From IMG/VR virus record IMGVR_UViG_3300026116_000002, positions 10,888 to 74,887 of that record: DNA of 64,000 nt; one strand, 5' to 3'. The stretch is from a virus. Positions 8,264 to 15,133 of this stretch are shown piece after piece. The notes beneath the pieces were generated by a model. It saw nothing but the letters and a program-made list of their open reading frames with translations, was not told the origin of the DNA and ran no database searches. The translations under genes were made by a program, and so were the position numbers. Each line of letters starts with the position of its first letter. The stretch's first letter is position 1.

Positions 8264-8531
8264 CCAGCAACCCAAGCCGCTAGTGCTGATCGCGGCATGT
8301 GTCCGCGAAGGGCAACACCATCTTCGTAATGTGCAGCAATCGGGCACCCCTGAGACCAAGGTGACGATCATCACGCCGAGTTATGGCTATGACAGACTGC
8401 GCGGGCTGAAACCAGCCGACTTTGATGTGCAGTACGTCGACGGCTGGAGCAGAACAGTCGGTCAGGGTGCGGCGTACAAGGCGAAGGTGCACGATCTGAC
8501 CGACTACCTCAAAGCATACGGCTGGATGTAA
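8253..8531 (+). CDS. hypothetical protein
   Basis: AAGGAG RBS. Confidence 0.65.
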   Translation: MPNNQQPKPLVLIAACVREGQHHLRNVQQSGTPETKVTIITPSYGYDRLRGLKPADFDVQYVDGWSRTVGQGAAYKAKVHDLTDYLKAYGWM

Positions 8532-8536
8532 AACAC

Positions 8537-8884
8537 ATGGCATTTATAGACCTATCAGGGCGAACGTTTGGGCAATTCAAAGTGGTCAAGCGCGTCATGA
8601 AGCCGGAAGGCATCAAGAGCCGTTCGGCGCGGTGGCTGTGCCGCTGCAACGCATGCGGCAAGTCCAAGTCGATCTCGGCTGATTGCCTGACGCGCGGGCA
8701 CTTTGAATGCTCGTGTGCTCGTACGAAAAGAGGGCGATCAAGAGACCCGCTGCGGCATCCTAGCGTCTCGTCGCAGCTTTATCACCAGCGCATCGCAAAG
8801 CTCGGATGGAGCGAGCAGGACGCGCTCACGTTGCCTTGTGGGCAGAGGCGCGGGCGGAAACCGAAAGGAGTTAACCATGAGTGA
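8537..8884 (+). CDS. homing-endonuclease-derived protein lacking the HNH core
   Basis: IDLSGRTFG..WLCRC..CG N-terminal module and RIAKLGWSEQDALTLP C-terminus, as in 28254-29084, but no nuclease motif. Confidence 0.65.
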   Translation: MAFIDLSGRTFGQFKVVKRVMKPEGIKSRSARWLCRCNACGKSKSISADCLTRGHFECSCARTKRGRSRDPLRHPSVSSQLYHQRIAKLGWSEQDALTLPCGQRRGRKPKGVNHE

Positions 8885-9089
8885 CGCGCAGTATCTTGCC
8901 GCTATTAAAGCGGCAAAGGAGTTTATCGACGCGGCTGAGGCCGCGCAGTGTATTAGGTCCGAGATTAAGGTTGGTGAACGATCAACGATTGAGCATATGA
9001 CGACCGGCACTAAGGAGTGTGGGGAGGCCAAGCGTCGATCGATGACGCTGACCCGGCAGTTAGCACGGTTCAGGAAAGGGCTGGCGTGA
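8877..9089 (+). CDS. hypothetical protein
   Basis: AAGGAG RBS before ATG 8877. Confidence 0.7.
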   Translation: MSDAQYLAAIKAAKEFIDAAEAAQCIRSEIKVGERSTIEHMTTGTKECGEAKRRSMTLTRQLARFRKGLA

Positions 9090-9090
9090 C

Positions 9091-9303
9091 ATGCCTCGAC
9101 GCAAAGGCCCGCACAACGTTGTTCTTAATCCGTTCCCGGCCACAGCAAGGGCCGAGGGACGCACTGAGCAGGTGAGGATCAACGGAGCCATCTCGAAGTT
9201 TGCCAAGGCGAGACTCGATGAAGCTCCAGGCGAGAGCAACACGCAAAAGCTTGACTCGTGCTTGCTTGCTCTGTTAGAATTGGAGCAGAAGCTACGGTCA
9301 TGA
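9091..9303 (+). CDS. hypothetical protein
   Basis: Tightly packed ORF. Confidence 0.55.
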   Translation: MPRRKGPHNVVLNPFPATARAEGRTEQVRINGAISKFAKARLDEAPGESNTQKLDSCLLALLELEQKLRS

Positions 9304-9318
9304 TACAGGAGGCTTACT

Positions 9319-9432
9319 ATGTGGCAATGGGTTTGCCTGCACCCAAGGGAGGTGTCGGGCGCAATCACAGTGTTCGTGTGCGTCATGATATTGCTGTTCA
9401 TCGGGTGGGCGCTGGCGAGTAAGGCGGGTTGA
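9319..9432 (+). CDS. small single-TM protein (37 aa)
   Basis: AGGAGG RBS; hydrophobic ITVFVCVMILLFIGWALA. Confidence 0.55.
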   Translation: MWQWVCLHPREVSGAITVFVCVMILLFIGWALASKAG

Positions 9433-9566
9433 CATGAGAAACGCCAAGTTGACACACTGTGTTCGCTGCGGCAAGCCAGTGCAGAATGATAATACTGCGC
9501 ATATATGCCTCGGCAATGGCAACTGGATTGACGTGGAGCGTATCAAGCGCGAGAACGGAGTACTTA

Positions 9567-10097
9567 ATGAGAAAACTGAGCAAGACGATACTGCTGGCGG
9601 TCGTGCTGATGGCCGCAGGGTGCGAGCCGCAGGAGCCGACACCGGCTGCGCCAGCGTTAGCGCAGGCGACCGCGCAGTATCCTGACGAGCCGAACTCCAA
9701 GCTGACGCCGGGGGATGTCAGGACGACTGACCTGAACGAGATACTGAACGTTAAGACGAGCACAGTCAGGAATGTGCCGGAGAGCGAGAAGGCGGCGGTG
9801 TGGGCCTCTTACGCGAAGGCGTATCCGGGGGTGTTCGGTGATCGATCGCGCTGGAAAGACGTAGAGTTCGATCATGTAATCTCCCTTACGCTTGGTGGGA
9901 GTAATAGCCCAAAAAACCTGTGGCCCGAGCATTACTCTCAGCCGTGGGGCGCTCATCAAAAGGACGCCTTAGAAGATCACCTGAGAGCGCTGTTGGCCCA
10001 TGGGGTGATTTCGGTACCAGAGGCCCAACACGCGATTGCTACTGACTGGATCGCGGCCTACAAGAAGTACATGTCGGTGTCGGCTACTAAGCAATAA
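9567..10097 (+). CDS. lipoprotein with HNH-like nuclease domain
   Basis: Signal peptide and lipobox MRKLSKTILLAVVLMAAG-C; EFDHVISLTLGGSNSPKNLWPE. Confidence 0.75.
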   Translation: MRKLSKTILLAVVLMAAGCEPQEPTPAAPALAQATAQYPDEPNSKLTPGDVRTTDLNEILNVKTSTVRNVPESEKAAVWASYAKAYPGVFGDRSRWKDVEFDHVISLTLGGSNSPKNLWPEHYSQPWGAHQKDALEDHLRALLAHGVISVPEAQHAIATDWIAAYKKYMSVSATKQ

Positions 10098-10114
10098 CTG
10101 GGTACAGTATCAGT

Positions 10115-10294
10115 ATGATAACCATTCTCATCGAACTCTTGATAGCCGCGCTCGTGATTGCGTTGTTCGTAATCGGTCTAAATGCGATACCGGGGTTGCC
10201 TGCATGGGTCAAGCCGGTGTTCTGCATCATCGCCGCGATCGTTGTACTGCTTTACCTGCTCGGCGGCGGGACGCACATACCAGCCATACGGTAA
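10115..10294 (+). CDS. small two-TM membrane protein (59 aa)
   Basis: MITILIELLIAALVIALFVIGLNAIPGLPAWVKPVFCIIAAIVVLLYLLGG; TACAGT 6 nt upstream of ATG. Confidence 0.75.
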   Translation: MITILIELLIAALVIALFVIGLNAIPGLPAWVKPVFCIIAAIVVLLYLLGGGTHIPAIR

Positions 10295-10302
10295 GATTTC
10301 TC

Positions 10303-10331
10303 TTGCCAAGCGAAATGATCTGTGCTATTAT
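10303..10331 (+). promoter_or_regulatory. sigma70-like promoter
   Basis: TTGCCA-17 nt-TATTAT with TGn. Confidence 0.75.
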
Positions 10332-10435
10332 AGAGTTGTTCGGTTGATAGTTACTCTAACGGTGATCTCCTTGCGGGCGTCGGCTGTCATGGGCCGACGC
10401 CCGTGCTCACGTCAGGTGTGTGGTAGACTGTCAGT

Positions 10436-13219
10436 ATGGTGTACGTACCGAGAAAAACCGCAGCGCCCCCTCCGATAGTGCTCGATGACGAACTCATAAG
10501 TCAGATCAAGACGATTGCGACTGGCTACATCCAGACCGAAGCAACCCCCGAGGCGGCGTACGCCAAACTCCTCAAAACGTTCCACATGCTGCCTGAGAAG
10601 GTGATTATCGAGGCGCTGACGCCGAAGGTACTCCCTCCGATTCCCGCGAGGCCAATACTCCATGAAGGCCAGATCGATATCAAGTCTCATGCCAAACGCT
10701 TCAACGTTATCAACTGCGGCAGGCGCTTCGGTAAAGATATCCTTTGTATCGACCTCGCGATTGACATATTGGAGAAGGGCGGCAAGTGCGGCTGGTATCA
10801 GCCAACGTACAAGTCTCTCATGGAGGTATGGCGTGCCTGTAAGCGCATTCTCGCCCCGATCATCCCAAAGAATGGCATCAATGTCCTCGATAAGCGCATC
10901 GAGGTAACCACTGGGGGCTTGATAGAGTTTTGGTCTCTTGACGGTGACCCGGAAGCCAGCCGAGGCCGAGACTACGACCGAGTAATCATCAACGAGGCGG
11001 CTAAGGCGCGTCAGCTTCAGACGGCATGGGACTTGGCGATCAGGCCAACACTCATGGACCGCCGTGGTGACGCGTGGTTCCCGTCGACCCCGAGAGGCCG
11101 TGATTACTACTTCGATCTATTCCAGCGCGGCCAGGTTGGCAGTCTTGATTATGACCCGAACTGGGTGTCGTGGCAGAAACCGACGCATGACAACCCTCAC
11201 ATCCCCAAGGAAGAATTGGTCGACGCCGAGAAATCTATGCCGGTCACCGTCTACCGTCAGGAAATCTTGGCTGAGTTTCTGGACGTTGCGGGGCGGTTCT
11301 TCGACGAGTGGGAACCTGCGCAGTGGGTCACGTTCATCGACGCAAGCGGCAAGATAAGTCAGCGCGAAGAGGCTTGGCATGTCGTGGAGCCATTCCCGAT
11401 CCCGGACCACTGGCAGGTGTGGGCATCGGTCGACCCAGGCACAAGCAAGCACGCTAGAACTCACGCGGTGTTGTTCTTTGCCTCTGATCCAGAGGGCGGG
11501 GTTGTAATATTTGACGAAATCTATGAAAAGGGGAAGCAGTCAGCAGAGCAAGCAGAGTTATTGCTACTGAAACTTGAGACGTATAAAAGGGCTTGCCCTG
11601 TTGACCCTGCTCGCCGTAATGGACTATGGCGGCTTAATACAGGGCCAATCCCGTGCGATTACGCCAACTTCTTTCCCCCGCCTATCAGTCATACAAGTAA
11701 TGCGGTGTCGTTGGCAAGTGCGGAGCGAATCGGTAAATGGCCCGTTGAATATTATCATGAGCGTGGTATTCGAGCCGTAAGAGCCGTAAAAGATCGCATT
11801 GCTGGTTGGCGAGAAATGAAACAATGGCTTCATGACACTCTCCCTATTAAGCCAGATTCTGCCCGACTTTCTAAGGTTGACGGAGAAGACAGTCGCCCTA
11901 AGCTTCGCGTCTTCAGGGGAAGGTGCGCAAATTTAATTCGCACGATACCCCTGATGATACGTGACGAGCGAAAACCCGAGGATATTGAAGAGGACACTCT
12001 TGGGGTTGGTGATAACGCCGGTCACCTGGAGCAGCATCTCGTTGACTGCTGCTTTATTGCCGGGACATTAATATCAACTAGCTTGGGAGACCGCCCGATC
12101 GAGGATATTAAATACGGTGATATGGTGTGGACACGTAAAGGTTTGAGACGTGTAATCGCTTGCGGCCCTACCACACCGCGCGTCGTAGGTAAATTGATGA
12201 TCGAAAGCGCGGAAATAGTAGGTACGCTGGACCACCCTGTATGGGTTGACGGGCAGGGGTTTACTGCCTTGGGTGCGATACGGTATAATGACAAGGTCGT
12301 TACCGTTAACCCCAAGGAGTTAGGCAAATGCCAGAGGTACAAGTCTTCGAAGGTGTCACATACCGCCGCTACCCGGAGTCAAAGCAAGAGTGCCATCGCA
12401 GGTATTTCTTCAGTAATAAGGACAGTTTGCATCGGGCTATATGGCGATCGGCTAATGGGGAAATCCCTAAAGGATATCATGTCCACCATAAAGACGAAGA
12501 CTACTCGAATAACACGCTGGATAACCTTGAATGCCTGTCGCCCGACGAACACCGAAAGCGACATCCGTACAAGGGCAGTGGTAACATTATTTGGTGCAAT
12601 TTCTGCGGTAAAGAGTTCAGCGCCAATACTCGGAATGACCGAGATCGATTTTGCTCTAACAGGTGCAAGTCAGCTTGGCGCAGGGCTAGTGGGGCTGACA
12701 ATGAGCAACGCATATGCTCATGCGGGAAAGCCTTTGTTGTCAACCGCTACGAGGACACTGTTCACTGCTCTCGGCAGTGCGCTAGGCCGGGTGGCTACGA
12801 ACGTCCTAAAATCGCTACGACTTGCAGGCAATGCTGGAAGGTTTTTGTTGCACGCAGTCAGAAGGCCATTTACTGCTCTACGGCCTGTCGTAAGCGATGG
12901 GATAGAAATCATAGGGGTAAGGACAGTCTACAACCTAACGGTTGAGGGTTGCCCCGAATACTTTGCAAATGGGGTCCTGGTCCATAATTGCAGGTATGGC
13001 CTCATGTCTCGGCCCGGAGTATCACCGGATGAGCCGGAAGCCGAGATGACGCCGCAGGAAGTGTACGTAAGCACGAACCAGGCGAGGGATGACGCGGCCC
13101 TCGACTATCGCAACGCCCGCATGGGCCTCAAGCGCGATGGCTTCCACGAAGACGGCTCTGTGAAGTGGGTTGCATCAAAGCGTATCAAGCCCAAGTCAAG
13201 GCGACCGATGGGCGTCTAA
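10436..13219 (+). CDS. terL: terminase large subunit containing an intein
   Basis: Walker A CGRRFGKD, Walker B VIINEAA, STPRG coupling motif, VDPG nuclease Asp; spliced product restores HLVDC-CRYG. Confidence 0.95.
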   Translation: MVYVPRKTAAPPPIVLDDELISQIKTIATGYIQTEATPEAAYAKLLKTFHMLPEKVIIEALTPKVLPPIPARPILHEGQIDIKSHAKRFNVINCGRRFGKDILCIDLAIDILEKGGKCGWYQPTYKSLMEVWRACKRILAPIIPKNGINVLDKRIEVTTGGLIEFWSLDGDPEASRGRDYDRVIINEAAKARQLQTAWDLAIRPTLMDRRGDAWFPSTPRGRDYYFDLFQRGQVGSLDYDPNWVSWQKPTHDNPHIPKEELVDAEKSMPVTVYRQEILAEFLDVAGRFFDEWEPAQWVTFIDASGKISQREEAWHVVEPFPIPDHWQVWASVDPGTSKHARTHAVLFFASDPEGGVVIFDEIYEKGKQSAEQAELLLLKLETYKRACPVDPARRNGLWRLNTGPIPCDYANFFPPPISHTSNAVSLASAERIGKWPVEYYHERGIRAVRAVKDRIAGWREMKQWLHDTLPIKPDSARLSKVDGEDSRPKLRVFRGRCANLIRTIPLMIRDERKPEDIEEDTLGVGDNAGHLEQHLVDCCFIAGTLISTSLGDRPIEDIKYGDMVWTRKGLRRVIACGPTTPRVVGKLMIESAEIVGTLDHPVWVDGQGFTALGAIRYNDKVVTVNPKELGKCQRYKSSKVSHTAATRSQSKSAIAGISSVIRTVCIGLYGDRLMGKSLKDIMSTIKTKTTRITRWITLNACRPTNTESDIRTRAVVTLFGAISAVKSSAPILGMTEIDFALTGASQLGAGLVGLTMSNAYAHAGKPLLSTATRTLFTALGSALGRVATNVLKSLRLAGNAGRFLLHAVRRPFTALRPVVSDGIEIIGVRTVYNLTVEGCPEYFANGVLVHNCRYGLMSRPGVSPDEPEAEMTPQEVYVSTNQARDDAALDYRNARMGLKRDGFHEDGSVKWVASKRIKPKSRRPMGV
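12050..12988 (+). mobile_element. intein (313 aa) in the TerL nuclease domain
   Basis: Block A CFIAGTLI, block B GTLDHPVW, blocks F/G VYNLTVEGCPEYFANGVLVHN followed by Cys+1. Confidence 0.95.
12328..12945 (+). CDS. HNH homing endonuclease with three Cys-rich zinc-finger repeats, nested out of frame in the intein
   Basis: LHRAIW...HVHHKDEDYSNNTLDNLECLS..EH; three Cys-pair...(F/H/Y)CSxxC units; AAGGAG at 12314-12319, 8 nt before ATG. Confidence 0.9.
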   Translation: MPEVQVFEGVTYRRYPESKQECHRRYFFSNKDSLHRAIWRSANGEIPKGYHVHHKDEDYSNNTLDNLECLSPDEHRKRHPYKGSGNIIWCNFCGKEFSANTRNDRDRFCSNRCKSAWRRASGADNEQRICSCGKAFVVNRYEDTVHCSRQCARPGGYERPKIATTCRQCWKVFVARSQKAIYCSTACRKRWDRNHRGKDSLQPNG

Positions 13220-13230
13220 TTGCTGAGTTA

Positions 13231-13259
13231 TTGCAAAACAAAGTGACTAGTGGTATATT
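13231..13259 (+). promoter_or_regulatory. sigma70-like promoter
   Basis: TTGCAA-17 nt-TATATT with TGn. Confidence 0.7.
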
Positions 13260-13282
13260 AAGCACAAGGAAACGGGTTTTAT

Positions 13283-14401
13283 ATGAACATGCGAGGACGA
13301 CGCGGCAGGGGTATGAAGGCTGAGATTTCACCTGCCACTAAAATCGGTGTTGTAATCGAGAAGGACAAGTCTTGGACGACTGAGACCCCTGAGTTGCCCG
13401 AGGGGCAGTTTCTCACGACTGAAGTGGCTGACGCGATTGACGAACTGGAAGGTATAGAGATCGTTGAGGTCGAGCCTGAACCCGACGTTGCAACTGTGTA
13501 CCGGTGGGAGATTCCCGGCGCGGACGGCTACGCGCTCAGGATCGAGTTTGAAGCTCAGAACGCGGACGAAGCGCGTGAGTTCGCTAAGGTCGTGTCAGTT
13601 GGCGATGAAGGCAATAGCCGGTCGCTCACGTCGCTTGAGCGCAACTGGATCACCACTACCGAGCCGCAAGTCGTCCGCGCCACTGAGGCAATCACGCTTG
13701 ATCTTGACAGCGCCCTGCTCGTGAACGACAGGCTCTGGCGCGAGAACGAGACCTATCGGCAGGCAGTAGCGTTATTCGAGCAGCACGGCATCGACATCAA
13801 CGACCCAATGGCATGGGCCGAGTCACAGCAAACAGCCGCGCAGCACAAGATCGACCGCGCCGATCGTGTACGCGCTGGCAAAATGCGCGAGCTTGTGCAG
13901 GCGTTGCAGAACGTCGACCGAGCGCTGCATGACGCGATTGAACTGGACGAAGAGTTCGCCCCGCCGAAGCCCGCAGTTCCGCAGGAGCCTGACTACTCAA
14001 AGCTCGTCATTGTCACGGACGGATCAGTGGAGGACATGCCGCACCTCTACCCAAGACTGGCAAACGCCAAGTTCACAAAGGTGTCTCCAGCCGACCCTTT
14101 GACCGATGAAGAGCGCCATGGCTACAGTATCATCTTCGAGAATGGCGACGGGCTGATCGAGGACTACCGTATCCGTCGTGCTGGACCCGGCGAACAGGAG
14201 CCGCTTCGGGCCATCAGCCGACGCATTCAGGCGCTTGTTGGCTTGACCGCTGAGAAGGCTGTCGAGGCTGCGCCCCCTGTCAAGACCGGGCCTACCGGCA
14301 TCCCTGGCTCGCTCGTCATTCCAAAGGACAATGGAGATATGGACTTTGTATCGACGATCAGTGATGGAGTGCAGCCGAGCGGCTGGAAGGTGCAGTCGTA
14401 A
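13283..14401 (+). CDS. hypothetical protein
   Basis: 372 aa ORF downstream of promoter. Confidence 0.8.
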   Translation: MNMRGRRGRGMKAEISPATKIGVVIEKDKSWTTETPELPEGQFLTTEVADAIDELEGIEIVEVEPEPDVATVYRWEIPGADGYALRIEFEAQNADEAREFAKVVSVGDEGNSRSLTSLERNWITTTEPQVVRATEAITLDLDSALLVNDRLWRENETYRQAVALFEQHGIDINDPMAWAESQQTAAQHKIDRADRVRAGKMRELVQALQNVDRALHDAIELDEEFAPPKPAVPQEPDYSKLVIVTDGSVEDMPHLYPRLANAKFTKVSPADPLTDEERHGYSIIFENGDGLIEDYRIRRAGPGEQEPLRAISRRIQALVGLTAEKAVEAAPPVKTGPTGIPGSLVIPKDNGDMDFVSTISDGVQPSGWKVQS

Positions 14402-14404
14402 TCA

Positions 14405-14587
14405 GTGCTTATTGCCGCGATCATACTGCTTACTGTCTGTGCGATCTCCTGCACTGTATGCGCCGTGATACTCAGCCTGCTTGCCCTGCGTCTTCAGGGT
14501 GTGAACCTGCCGAGGGTGCGCTTTGAGATAGCGCAGCTTTGGAAGCGCCGGAATAGGCCAAGCCAGAAGAGGCCGCGAGGAGTTTGA
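14405..14587 (+). CDS. small membrane protein
   Basis: Hydrophobic N-terminus, basic tail. Confidence 0.55.
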   Translation: MLIAAIILLTVCAISCTVCAVILSLLALRLQGVNLPRVRFEIAQLWKRRNRPSQKRPRGV

Positions 14588-14588
14588 T

Positions 14589-14870
14589 ATGCCATTCAAT
14601 CAAGCTAAAGGGAAGATGGTAGCCAATACCACGGCGAGTAAGCAGGCTCGGTCGAAGACTGCGGGGCCAAACTCCTCGTTTCCGATCGGGGATGCAAAAC
14701 ATGCCAGGTTGGCCGTGGGCGCAGCGCAGCGATCTGCCAACGCCGGGAATATCTCACAGTCGACGGCCGACAGTATCAAGGCAAAGGCTCGGGCAGCGCT
14801 CAAGTGCAGCGGTTGCAAGAAACCCGGCTTCGGTAACTACTGTCAGTCATGCGGAAAACCGATGAAATGA
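14589..14870 (+). CDS. small basic protein with C-terminal zinc ribbon
   Basis: GAGGAG RBS; SFPIGDAKHARLA motif; CSGC...CQSC. Confidence 0.75.
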   Translation: MPFNQAKGKMVANTTASKQARSKTAGPNSSFPIGDAKHARLAVGAAQRSANAGNISQSTADSIKAKARAALKCSGCKKPGFGNYCQSCGKPMK

Positions 14871-15022
14871 GTGACGGTAACATTCGCGAGATAGTACGCG
14901 CCGAGATCAAAGCCGAGCTTGACGAGCGTGCTAAGTCGCACAAGAAGCATGGGTTAGTTCTACTCCGTGCGTTCGAGATGATGATAGCCGAACTCAGGAA
15001 GATGCTCGGCGTAGAGAAGTAG
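14867..15022 (+). CDS. small helical hypothetical protein (51 aa)
   Basis: ATGA overlap; MSDGNIREIVRAEIKAELDER... Confidence 0.6.
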   Translation: MSDGNIREIVRAEIKAELDERAKSHKKHGLVLLRAFEMMIAELRKMLGVEK

Positions 15023-15133
15023 TACTGACAATTTTATACAGGCCGCATGCGCGAAAGCGTACCCGCCGCAATCGACGACTACTGATGGTAGCCGTAGGTT
15101 GCGGCTTTTGTCTTATCAGGCCAATCAAACTAA

